The position numbers were made by a program, and so were the translations under genes. Of a stretch of DNA of 64,000 nt, positions 1 to 11,904 are shown one piece after another (the first letter of the stretch is position 1; each line of letters opens with the position of its first letter). This DNA is from Thalia democratica (lineage: Eukaryota): positions 66,774,001 through 66,838,000 of the forward strand of contig OZ241829.1 in NCBI GenBank assembly GCA_965202585.1, read 5' to 3'. Under the pieces are notes generated by a model. It was not told where the DNA came from. It made no database searches and saw only the letters and a program-made list of their open reading frames with translations.

Positions 1-3000
1 GGTGCTGAAAGTTCATGCAGCTCCAGAATTCAGCTTTTCAACATTTTATTGTATTGAAAACTTGTATACGTATAAAATGCAGCTGACACAGATTGAGCTT
101 GCAGCTCCAATTTTACGAACATTTTGAACATCAAATATAAAAAATTGGAAAATACTAATTTAGCAGGCAAGTTAATGACGTTCATGTACACATTTGGTTG
201 TATTTTTTGTACAACTTCATGATAACATAACTTTCTTATATTTTAGCTAAAACAATTTTTTTTAATATCATTTTAAAACCCAATTCCTCAACTTTATAAT
301 AAAGTTACTTTGACGTAGTTTTGGGCTGTACAGCTAAATCAGGATCCCCATTAAAGGCTTAAACTCTAAAATAAAAAAATAAAAAAGCATAATTCTTCAT
401 TTTTTAGGTGGAGCTACAGCTCGAGCGTTCCACCCCACACGACTCCCTTGGTGTGAACAAAACTAGAAAAAAATTAAAATCTTTTAATATTATTGTTAGT
501 AACATTCACTACTGAAGTATGATTTTATACTAGCATAAGTATAAGCTCTATCAACTACATTCCTTTGTATATAATATATCAATTATGTTTGTTAATTAAA
601 AACGAAAAGTTAAACTGTTATGACGCATTTCCATGAAAAAACATCATTTGATTAATGAAAAAGTATCAATGAACTTAATACAGGTTGTACTTAGCAATGA
701 TTTACTTTTTGACAGTAAGTTTGATAGTTAAACTTTTAATCGTCACTAAGAATTTTTAGTTAAAGTTTTGTCTTCTTTGCAAAGCTTGGGTAAATATTTC
801 TCTTTCGACCACAAATATTTGGAGTGAGTTTACGTTTAATTTGATAATACCTAAAAAACCTATATGGATTAATCAAATAAAGTATATTGTCAGATAAAAA
901 CTCACTGCTTTTATTAAGACGTATATGAAAAGTATAAAACATAGTTTTTACTTAGTAAGCAGCTGAAGTCTGGAAGCTATAAAATTCACGTCGTTAATTA
1001 AACTTTTTGAGTATTAAAAATAAAATTACTTGAAATTATAACATCCTTATTCTTGCATAGTGTTTAATTTTTGAATTTCAAACCAACTTTGACTAAATTA
1101 GAACGTTGTTTAAATATATTTTATTTTTTACTTATACAATGTGAAAACACATTTTAATAGCAATAAAAAAAAAACTTAGGAATTTTAATTAGCCAGAAAA
1201 ATACTTTTTTTTGCATTATGAGTAGATACTAGTGTAGATACTAGAGTAGATGCTATTTAGCGCTGCGAAGTCTCACTGGTGTTTAAAAATTAAAAAACAA
1301 TAGTAAAGTCGGCTTAGCTTTGTACTAAGTTAGAAAAGTGGAAATTTAGTTCCATAGATGTGTGTTTTTTGGGCACTACAAATATTACTGTGTTGTTTAT
1401 CAATTTTCATTAAGTTGTCACACTGATTCTCACAATCATCAAAATTATTTTTCATTAACCTGTCTTAGCAATCAAGCAATTATGAAATTTCTTTTAAACA
1501 CTAATTCATAGTGTTTTTTATCACTAGGAAAAATAGTATCAAACTAAGTTTTACAATGAATAAATAAATTAAATTTTACTGAGCCTAATAACCCAAGAAT
1601 GGGGCAAGTACCAACCTCAACACTTAAAAAGGCCTTCAGTTTAAATCGTTTCTGTAAGAGCGATGAATTAGCACCAAAGAAGCTGCTAATTAAAATCTAC
1701 TATCGTTTATGTCGTAAATGGCTCTTCAGCGCTTTCTTAAACTTGAGGGAAATTTAGCAGTTACGTCATCTGTGACCCAAAAAACTGGCTACAACAAAAC
1801 ACAATGACGACAGTGAGGCACGTTTAAGTATTACGATCAGTGCTAGCACATTATAAGTAGCTGAGTCAGGCGATGCTTTCTTCAAAGTTTAAATTTTGAT
1901 CTATACGCTAAGTTTTGTTCATAACAAAAGTCTAGTTTGTAACTGAAAACTTTTTTCCGTAAAACCTAAGAAGTAAATTGTAGTAATTTTGTCGTAAGTA
2001 CACAATTCTAGGAGTACTTTTGCGCCAAAAACTTTGTGTTTAACACGTTTGGAGCCTTTTTGAAGTTCTTACTTTATTCAACTGTCCAAATATTTAAATT
2101 AAGTTTTCAAAAGCGTATATAGCTTTGTAATAAAAATAAAATTACAAGGCTAAACATTGATTTAACATAAACTTAAAGTGTTTATTCTAGTAAAACAATT
2201 AGGAGGTCAGTATGAGTTTCAAAACAAAAAGTAACAGAAACTATGAAGAAAATAAAAGTGTTCGTAAAACCAAAGTTCTTCATATTTAGAACAACCTGAA
2301 AACTAAATTTCGAATACAGGTTTTGAATATTAAAGTTATAAATTAGAAATTTTAAACTTATTTTTAATTTGTTTACGTTTGAAGTAGAACATTTACATTT
2401 TAAAGCTTACTTTACGACTGTATATTTAACAGTTAGTTTAAATATTATTGACGAAAAATATATTGTTATGCATTTTGAAATTTTAAGTTCACCTAAGGAA
2501 CTCTTTAAGCAAAACTTGATTTTTTAATCAACTTTAAAAATAAAAGTGTTTTCTATATAGTTTCAAACTTTATAACTAAATAAAGCGTCTTTTTATACAT
2601 TACTTATGAATTATTCATACTAAACACCGTTTCATTTTATCTCAAAATTATATTTCTAACTTCGCTTCTTTATTGTTTGATATATATCAAGAATAAAGTT
2701 AGCTACTTTAGTATACTTTAAAAACATATGTAAATAACGCAAAAAGGTCAAAAAAGTCTTAATAAAATTTTACATAACTTAAACAGAAAAGAAGCAAGCT
2801 AACGCCTATTTTTCATAAAGCTACTTATATATTTAAACATTATTAGTAAGATATTGAATAAGTCTCATGGCTATTAATTTTTCTAAATTGCGATGGTTTA
2901 ATATCTTTTTAGGAAGTAATACTTTTGTTTTTGATAACTTCTAATAAAAAAACGTTAATTTAAATTCAGAAAAAACTGAAAATAAACATTTTTTGAACTA

Positions 3001-3680
3001 AGATTTATGAGTAAACTGAAAGAAAAATCTTCATAGTTTATATAGTTGTAAGCAAAACAAAGTTTTTCACATTATGCAATTTAAAGTATTTTTGTTATAT
3101 ACTTTTTTTAATAAACTTTATCACTAAAACAAAACTTTAACAAAAGTTTGACTTTTTAATTGGTTAATAGCTTACAGGGTGTCATATATTACTATAGACA
3201 CAAAGTTTAAACAATTTAAAATGAACAAAAGTATTGGTTAGTTCTATAACATAACTAGGTAATAACAAAATGTATTGGTTGATTATGTATGAAAGCGTTT
3301 ACCGATTAGTACTATTATTATACGATCCAAAAATGGTAGTACAATTATTTCAGAGATTGTGTTACAATTTTAATGTTTTGTAATACATAAGTTTTTTTAT
3401 TATATAAATTGATATTTTTTTTTATGTGTCAATAAAAAGTCTCTACAATTATGTTGTAGATAGATCAGGGTATTTGAATAAAGTTTGCTTGAACAAATAC
3501 AAAATAATATATTTTTTTACTGAAGTGAATCCATTAAAAACAGTTTTAGAATGAAATTTATTTAGTTCGAGTGGTAACTTAAATCACAAAAAGAAATAAA
3601 AACATTCTAATCAAAAATAAAAAAAGTTTAGATTAAATTATAGTACAAAACATAGAAATGATAAATAGTGATTTTAAAGG

Positions 3681-3720
3681 ACACGCCGCTTGGATACCTT
3701 TAAAGGTCTTGTCCAGGACA
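3681..3720 (+). repeat. 3' fragment of ~130-bp structured interspersed repeat (copy 1 of 6)
   Basis: ACACGCCGCTTGGATACCTTTAAAGGTCTTGTCCAGGACA matches the 3' end of the copies at 24421-24542 and 63445-63557. Confidence 0.7.
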
Positions 3721-4200
3721 ACATAACTTCTTATCTGTAAAATTTATTTACTGCTATAGAGATGATCAATATAAACAAGATATTTGTTATATATTCTTAA
3801 TAGAATGCTGTTACAAAATATTAATAAATGATATAAAAGAATAAACTATAGTTTTACTATTGCATCAAAAAATAAACATATACAATATTTATTATAAACA
3901 GTTATTTCATTTTTGTTTTCTCACCACAGTTTATTTCGAATTTAGTTATTTTGAGAAAAATTTATCTCAACCAAACATCTTAATTAGTAACTAATTAAGC
4001 TATGTTTTGTTTTTGAAAGGTTCTATATATTCTAACGTACAAATTTATACATCACCAATCTAAAAAAAAATTTTTTTAGTTATTTTACAATTCTGTTTTT
4101 ATCATCTAGAAATGCAAATAAAATAGTTTTAAGGTTATATTTAACTTTTACCACAAAAACGAAATGATTATAACTTCAAAAAGTTTTTAAAATTATCATG

Positions 4201-5030
4201 ATCTAGGTTGTTAATTAATACCCATAAAACTCATTTAAATTTGATAATAGTTTATATATTCGTCTTCTTCTGTTTAATAAAGTTCATGTTATAAAATGAG
4301 ATAGTAAATAAACAAAATGTAAATCTCAGCTAGGTTGTAAATCTAGGTTGTTAATTAATACCCATAAAACTCATTTAAATTTGATAATAGTTTATATATT
4401 CGTCTTCTTCTGTTTAATAAAGTTCATGTTATAAAATGAGATAGTAAATAAACAAAATGTAAATCTCAGCTAGGTTGTAAATCTAGGTTGTTAATAAATA
4501 CCCATAAAACTCATTCAAATTTGATAATAGTTTATATATTCGTCTTCTTTTGTATAATAGAATTCATGTTATAAAATGAGATAGTAAATAAACAAAATGT
4601 AAATCTCAGCTAGGTTGTAAATCTAGGTTGTTAATTAATACCCATAAAACTCATTTAAATTTGATAATAGTTTATATATTCGTCTTCTTCTGTTTAATAA
4701 AGTTCATGTTATAAAATGAGATAGTAAATAAACAAAATGTAAATCTCAGCTAGGTTGTAAATCTAGGTTGTTAATAAATACCCATAAAACTCATTCAAAT
4801 TTGATAATAGTTTATATATTCGTCTTCTTTTGTATAATAGAATTCATGTTATAAAATGAGATAGTAAATAAACAAAATGTAAATCTCAGCTAGGTTGTAA
4901 ATCTAGGTTGTTAATTAATACCCATAAAACTCATTTAAATTTGATAATAGTTTATATATTCGTCTTCTTCTGTTTAATAAAGTTCATGTTATAAAATGAG
5001 ATAGTAAATAAACAAAATGTAAATCTCAGC
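4201..5030 (+). repeat. Tandem array, 140-bp unit, ~5.9 copies, variant order A-A-B-A-B-A
   Basis: Units start at 4201, 4341, 4481, 4621, 4761 and 4901 (ATCTAGGTTGTTAAT...AAATCTCAGCTAGGTTGTAA). B units (4481, 4761) share diagnostic changes (TTAATAAATA, TCATTCAAAT, TTTTGTATAATAGAATTC). Confidence 0.97.
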
Positions 5031-6849
5031 GAACACTCAATCACACTGCAAATTTTATTTTAAGTTGAAAAAATATTTATTATTTTAAGCTGAAGTAGAG
5101 TCTAATGGAGTAGATTGAACTTGATAAGTTTCAAATTAAAACCTTGACTTTTGCAGCATGAGTAGTGAACAGCATTTGAACAAATCATTAAAGTATGATT
5201 ACCCTGGAAACAGATACTCGCTTTTTATTGGAGGATTGGACCCCGTTACGTAATTTTTTTATTATTTTACCTCCCTCTCTGCGCAAATAAGCAACCGCGC
5301 ATTTGATTAGCGGAACTTTATCAACTCTGCTAAGAGTTTTAGAAACTTTAGAAATACTTGAAGTCTTGTTGTATGTTAGCATGTAGTCTACTTCACACTC
5401 ATTGTATATAGCATCCAAATTGTTATCAATCATCTTTTTTTTAATAACTTCTGTAACTTTAGTAATAGTAGTTTTAGACGCGTATACTTCATTTCCCGTT
5501 TTTTCAGCTTTAATTTGATATTCGACGATCGCAATGAACTGTAGTGTCGAAATCGATTTTTTCTTTACGTTTGCAAATTTTTAGTAAAAATGATTTGATT
5601 GCTTAAGAAATTATTGTTTAAATATGCTTTCATAAACGTTATTGTCGTTGTCGCTTGACAATTCAGTAAGCATTTCACAAGCTTTTCTAGAAAGTTTTAA
5701 TGAATTAACATCCGTAAAATTATTATTTCTTTGTTCTGTAACTAGTTTTAACAAAGATGAACGCGTTTGCCTTTTCACTTTTTGGTTACAAACAATCATA
5801 TCTCGAAAATTTCTTAAGCATATGTTTGTTACTACGTTTGTACTAGATTCTTTACAAGAATCACCATAATACAAAAACACATTATTTATTCTGCTCATGA
5901 GATTTTTAAAATCATTCCACTGTTTTTCTAGTACCAAAAGGAAGCCATCAAAATTTACTACTTTCATTTTTTTCCATAACTGAAGATAGAAGATAATCTT
6001 GAATCGTATTTTTAAATTTTTGGCTGAAAACACCGTCATAATTAAATAGCATAGAGTGGCAAGACGCTAGATATATTTCAATAATATTGTCAAGTTCGGT
6101 ATTGCTGTTTTTAATCAACTCACTTAACTGAAGTTTACCTGGATTACCTCGCAAAGCGCATTTTTCTTCAGGAAATAGATTAAATTCTTCTAAACGGCTT
6201 ATTACGCCTAAACTAAGGGGTTTTATTAATGCTGACCTTTTAAAGTTTGCTGTTAAAAACAGTTGTTCGTGAAAAACTTCCTCCAGGAAGCCTTTGTTTA
6301 CTTGAGTAAACGACATCACGTTTTCGCAATTTTGGTATTTCTTTTTATTATTTTAACCGAAACAGTCAAAAACAAATGAACTTCAGCAAGTCTTTTAGAC
6401 AGCAGAATACTGTGTCTTTGAACTTTAACATCAATTATGTCAGTGACACCAATATTTCTAATTTTCTTCGCAATTTCAACTTCACTCGTAACGGGGTCCA
6501 ATCCTCCAATAAAAAGCGAGTATCTGTTTCCAGGGTAATCATACTTTAATGATTTGTTCAAATGCTGTTCACTACTCATGCTGCAAAAGTCAAGGTTTTA
6601 ATTTGAAACTTATCAAGTTCAATCTACTCCATTAGACTCTACTTCAGCTTAAAATAATAAATATTTTTTCAACTTAAAATAAAATTTGCAGTGTGATTGA
6701 GTGTTCGCTGAGATTTACATTTTGTTTATTTACTATCTCATTTTATAACATGAACTTTATTAAACAGAAGAAGACGAATATATAAACTATTATCAAATTT
6801 AAATGAGTTTTATGGGTATTAATTAACAACCTAGATTTACAACCTAGCT
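4888..6849. repeat. Pair of apparently identical 363-bp inverted repeats (arm 1 4888-5250, arm 2 6487-6849) around a 1.24-kb spacer
   Basis: The reverse complement of 6487-6849 reads the same as 4888-5250: last array unit, 5' leader and first 31 codons MSSEQ...GLDPVT (ATG at 5158 on +, 6579 on -). Confidence 0.95.
5251..6579 (-). pseudogene. N-terminal half of an RRM (CPSF6/7-like) - cullin (CUL3-like) chimeric gene, inverted
   Basis: KYDYPGNRYSLFIGGL...NIGVTDIIDVK...VNKGFL aligns by eye to the CPSF6 RRM region (VYTYTGKRIALYIGNL...SLGVNDILEIK...CNKQFL). Downstream WNDFKNLMSRINNVFLY...KACEMLTEL...VYESIF...YLRREGGK aligns to CUL3 repeats (WNDHQTAMVMIRDILMY...NACQMLMIL...VYEEDF...YLREQGK). Frameshifts near 6325 and 5970 (A7 run); in-frame TAA at 5611-5613 and 5581-5583; no introns. 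Confidence 0.88.
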
Positions 6850-6850
6850 A

Positions 6851-8104
6851 GTTAACGTAATCAGTTTGAAAGACAAATTGGACGAAATATTGCGCAAGAG
6901 CTTTTGCAATGATGCAATTTTAAGTAGAGTTGTTAATACAAAATATGAAAATCTAATCAAGAGCATGTCAACGTGTGCTTTGTTTTTACCAGTTTTAATT
7001 AATACGAAATTTAAAAAAGTTGTGAAGAAAAGAGTAGATGTCTACTTGCCTGAAACGTTTGAAAAAGCTCTTACTATTTTTAGTTTAATGAATAGAAACT
7101 ATGACTTTGAAGAAATTTTTGAGAAACATCTTCGCAAAAGATTGCTACATGACAAAACTTCTATCGAGCTTGAGAAAAAGCTTATAGAAAAATTTGAAGC
7201 TAATTGCAGTACAATCGCAACTAGGAAACTTAAGGGATTGCTGGAAGATTTTGAAGAATCTGCACTTGGCAAATAAGAAGTTATTATTTACAGCGACAAA
7301 GAGCAAAATATTGACCTATCTGCTACTGTGCTTAATTCATCGTTGTGGCCAAAACAATAAATTTTTTGCAAACCGACATCGCTAAAAAGCGTGTTAGACT
7401 CATTTTGCGTCTTCAAAAATTTTTATGCTCAAAAACATCCGGGAAGGAAATTAGAGTTATCAAGTGGTCGAGGAAAAGCGTAAGTCAGGTTTATTTTGGG
7501 TAGTGAAAAATCTGAAGGCAAGATTCTTCTAGTAAACAATTTGCAGATGGTTACGGTGCTGCTTTTCAATCAGCATAACAAAATGACTTGGAAGCAAATT
7601 GTCAACGAGAGTAAAATTCCATTAGAACTACTTAAAATCATTCTTTAATCCCTGACCCGACCCCTCGTGGTTAACAATGTCGAAGGACCGAATGTTCTAA
7701 AAAGCTTGCGTGGTACCAAACATCCGGCTGAAAACAACCTCTTTTTTGTAAATAGTCATTTCACCGTCAAATTAAAAATAGTCAAAATTCCAGTGGTTTT
7801 CCCAACATTCAACAAATTCAAAAAGGAGCAACAGTCAGAGGTAAAAAGAAGGAAAGAAGAGGAAATAGATTATGCAATGGTTTGCACTATGAGAGTCGAA
7901 AAGAAAATTGAATATCAGAAACTTGTTGTTGAAGTTATAACGAAGCTCGCTGAAAAGTTCAAACCGAGCTTAAATACTATCAAAGAGAGAATTGAGCATC
8001 TGATTGATAGAGGAAAAATTAGATGCGATTATAAAAACCGGTCAATTTTTTATTATGTGTCTGGTGAATATACATGGAAACCTCCTTATTACGTTTTTCA
8101 CTAA
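6851..8104 (+). pseudogene. C-terminal half of the same cullin (cullin homology domain and neddylation/WHB domain)
   Basis: One continuous frame: FEEIFEKHLRKRLL (CUL3 FERYYKQHLARRLL), VLNSSLWP, FYAQKHPGRKL, LQMVTVLLFN, RRKEEEIDYAMVCTMRVEKK...IKERIEHLIDRG...IFYYVS. Four in-frame TAA at 7274, 7358, 7481 and 7646. Confidence 0.92.
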
Positions 8105-9029
8105 TAGAATATTTTAGTTGATTTATAATTATGTTGTTGTATATGGTTTTTTTTTGTAATTTTGATTTTTGTATAAAATGAATTAATTGACGTTGTGTTG
8201 TCCTCAAAAGTTCTTTTAAATTTTTATATATGAGCCAGGTGTAGTTCTACTAATTATTAACTTATAAAACTATAAGTAATGAGTTAGAAAAAAAACAATT
8301 AATAATTTAAATCTAGAAGAGATTTTGAATATAACTAAAAGGTACGTTTTTAGTTTTCAACTTTTAATCTCATACTTTAAGATAAATATTTAAACAATTT
8401 CTTTATTTAATTTTATTTGTGTTTTCATTTAAAGTAAAAAAAAAGTAACCATTTAATTGCTTTATATCTTTACGTTAAGTTACTTTTTTCACTTTAACTT
8501 ATATAAAAGTCAAAAAGTTTAATGTTTATTTTTCTAAGTATGATTTTATCGTTACTTTTTAAATTAGGCTTTTTACTTTAATTACTTAATTTCTGTAGTA
8601 GTAATGTATTTGTTTACGTTTCATTTCACAAAATAGTATGAGCTGAAACGTTTAAAAACTGAACTTAAAAAAAAAAAATTCAACAGTTTAATACCAAATA
8701 ACTCTACAATTTTTGTTCTAAACATTTAACATTAACAGTCAATTTACACAAAATTCTTGTGAATATTTTCTGAGTAAAAAGCTTTTAAACCAGTTTTACT
8801 TTTCTATCATCTTCGCTAAAAATAGTTTAAAAATGTGTTAAACCATACTGTGTCACATTTGTAACAAAGTTCATGGTACTATTTTGAAATATAACTTATC
8901 AAAACCTTTAATTTAAGAAAATATATACTGTAAACCTTAAATTTCGTAGTCGGTTTAGTTCTTAACGTATAGTAAGCATATTTGTTTGGAAACATTTAGA
9001 ACTTAATGTTAAAAGAGGTAAAACAGTTA

Positions 9030-9660
9030 TAACAAACACAGATAACTATAAATATTTGGGAATAATTTTAGACAAAAATTTAAAATGGACACAACACGTA
9101 GAAGCTATAAAAACAAAATTACAAAAAAAAAATGGTTTATTATATAAAACAAGACATTTCTTAATTGAAAAAGCGTTAAATTTAATCTTTAATTCTTTAT
9201 TTATCTGCAATCTTAGATATGGCTTGTTGTGCTGGGGAAGGGCAAATAAAAAATATATAAATGATATCAGTGTTCTCATAAACAGAGCACTTAGATGCAT
9301 ACATTATAAGAAATATGATGATAGTGTAAGAGAATTAAAAACCCAGAAAAAACTATTAGATGTTGAAAGTCAGTATATATATAAAATAGGGCTGTTTATG
9401 TTTAAGTTTAACAATAACTTGTCACCAGATAATTTTAAAAAATACTATAAAAGTGTAGCAAATGTCCATAATTATCATACGAGGTCTTCAGAAACAAATT
9501 TTTTCCTACCTAGATTCAACAGCACATTAGGTCATAAATCGCTATCACAAAGAAGTTAGTTATGGATTAAGCTACCATTAAATCTAAAATATATAAGTTG
9601 TTTTGGAAAGTTCCAGGATGAACTTAAAAGTTGTCTTTTAAATAGTGATTCTCAAGGTCA
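9030..9660 (+). mobile_element. 5'-truncated non-LTR retrotransposon (CR1/L2-like), C-terminal part of RT ORF
   Basis: YKYLGIILDKNLKWTQHV...LRYGLLCWG...NVHNYHTRS...W.KLP are typical post-RT motifs of CR1/L2-group LINEs. Confidence 0.85.
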
Positions 9661-10754
9661 TTAGTGATCATACCTACTCGTCTGTTTACTTTGTTTTAGG
9701 AAATAATAGTATTTGTAAATTACTATCCAAAATTTTATTTATTTTTTTATACTTTTGTTTTTTTTTTGTTCGAAAGTTGATTTGTTTGGTTACATTAACA
9801 TTAGTTTAGTCTAGCTTTTAGCATTTTCTATCTGGTTATGTTTTAAGAATATTCTTTAAGATTACTATTTTGAATTAAGTTCAGAACACTTAAAAACTTT
9901 TTTTTTTATGCTTACAGTTTTTTTTTATAGTATACAAATGTAAAAAAGTAGTTATAGATGTTTTTACTTTAGCAAAAAATAAAGTGTTTAAATAGTAAAC
10001 TAAAATAACTGTTCCAAGTAAACTTAAGTTTTTTTTTTTTGTTTTTTTGAGGAAATTAAAGAAAATATTCTTCTTTTTATGTTTGCAAATTTTACTTGCT
10101 TTCTATCATTACAGTTTTAGACTTGGACAAGTATTCAAAAGAATATAAAATAAAAATAATATTTCAAAATAGAAGAAAGTTTGTTGTTGTAAATATCATT
10201 TTTGTTAAAATTATTATAGTTTTTTATCTTTTTTCTTATTAAAAGCATAAATTTTACAGTATTTACCTTCATATTTTGTAAAAGTTAAGTACAGTTATTA
10301 TAAAAATCACTTCTTAAAAATTCTTAAAAAAGAAATTACAATAGTTTATTTAGCTATTCAAACGTAAAATTGTTTTTACTGTTCAAGTTAAATTATTAAA
10401 TAAAATAAAAAATACCTTTTTAACAAAATTACTTATAAAAAAAAGTTTTTTTTTTTCAAATTCAGCGTATTATCTTTTACTTTCTTTAAAGAAGTTGTAA
10501 CCTATAACTCAAGTATTCACACGTTTGTTATTAGTGTTGTTTATCTACTTTTAAAAGTTAGTTTAAAGTTTTATATCTATTATTTTATTCATTAGTCATT
10601 AAACAAGATTCATAATACATTATTAAACACAAAATTCAGTTAATTTTCGTTTAGTTTCATTTTATTTCATTTTTTTCGTTTAATTGATTGTTCATTACTT
10701 AAGATCTAAATATTTAAATAATAAAAAAACTACGTGTAATAGCTCGTAAGAAAC

Positions 10755-10860
10755 TTTTTAAGCATGTGGTGTACGACTCAATAACCAAAAGGTTCCTTTG
10801 TACACCTGGTACTTAGACCAAACTTTTTGAGCACTTTTTTTATCTATCAATAAACAATAT
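10755..10860 (-). repeat. ~130-bp structured interspersed repeat (copy 2)
   Basis: Plus strand GTGGTGTACGACTCAATAACCAAAAGGTTCC...TACACCTGGTACTTAGACCAAA...ATCAATAAACAATAT is the reverse complement of the family consensus. Confidence 0.75.
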
Positions 10861-10869
10861 ACAAAACAC

Positions 10870-11885
10870 AACTATATTTCATGAGAAAGCTGATAATTTC
10901 ATGGACCGTTTGTCCTTTGCAACAGACAATTCTGACATCACTTCAACAATTTAAGAAAACAACGAAACAGTATAATCAAAATTTTTATGTTTACAACTTA
11001 GGTTTTCTTAAAAAAATACAAATAGCATCAAGTTTAATTAAATCAGAATGTCAAAACAACTTTTAATAATTTTTAATCTTTTTAAATTATAATTACTTGC
11101 ATAGTTAGGGTTGTTTACTAGGTGTTATGCAATAGCAGCTCATTTTGAAGTATTTATTACTATAATAGATTTAGTTTTGTTATTACTCATACGAAATTCA
11201 TCGATACTTTTTGGAATATGTTCCTTTATTCTTTTGCCAAATTGTCTTGAGGTCATCCCGACATAACTAGCTTCACAGAAGCAGTTAAACTGGTAAACTA
11301 CCATACTTTGTTTAAATTCTGCTATCGGATCTTTGCCCCCAGGTCTAAACATTGGTTTGGATACGAAAATAACGAACGGCTTTGCCGAATGATAAGTCCT
11401 ACTTACTAATTGACAAATATTTCTTTCTAAAACTCTTGAGTTCTTATTGACATAAGGTACTAAAATAATCAAGCATTTCTCCGACTCTGCTGGCTTTATT
11501 TAGTTTAAACTTTTAAGATGTAAATTTTATTAACAAGTTCTTGTGGATAGCTATTTTTATTTAGTATCAATTTTTTTTTTTTTTCATCAGCAAACAATTC
11601 TTTTGAACAGATTTTGTATGCTCGATGGCAGAGCGTTCTTATCAAATTTGTCTTTCTCTTCATGCTACAGAATAAATGAAAGTTTAAATAGTTCCCAGTA
11701 AAAGTTTTCTTCCTATAAACAGATGTCAAAAATTGGTTCCTTTGTCGTTTAACTAAAACGTCAAGAAAAGCCAATTCATCGTTATTTTCCTTTACTGATG
11801 TAAATTTTATTGTAGAATGTGTTTTGTTCAACACACTAAAGAGTTCATCAACCTCTTCCTCATCTTTTCCTGAAGCCAGCAGGGC
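10870..11885 (-). mobile_element. Penelope-like retroelement (Poseidon-type), 5'-truncated: RT thumb plus GIY-YIG endonuclease
   Basis: LAFLDVLV...TSVYRKKTFTGNYLNF (PLE RT C-terminus); VVYQFNCFCEASYVGMTSRQFGKRIKEH (GIY-YIG); continues degenerately to ...KPKLCKHKNFDYTVSLFS. Confidence 0.92.
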
Positions 11886-11904
11886 CGTAGAAATTCTTGA
11901 TTCC

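Noticed and set aside
1-450. Possible end of a Harbinger-like MITE (GGTGGAGCTACAGCTC...CCACCCCAC...CTCCCTTG)
   Set aside because: The other terminus lies outside the window; no TIR or TSD can be verified.
4201-5030. CRISPR-like array
   Set aside because: Contiguous 140-bp units with no unique spacers, in a eukaryotic context.
5581-7648. All six in-frame stops of the cullin chimera are TAA, suggesting TAA-to-Gln recoding or readthrough
   Set aside because: The same gene has two frameshifts and an inversion, neighbouring genes use TAA as a normal stop (e.g. 50389-50391), and CAA/GAA to TAA is the expected decay in AT-rich DNA.
10880-10945. Hammerhead remnant after the Poseidon-type ORF (CAGA-ATTG-TCTG and GGAC...GTCC hairpins on minus)
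   Set aside because: The catalytic core nucleotides (CTGANGA, GAAA, UH) are not present.
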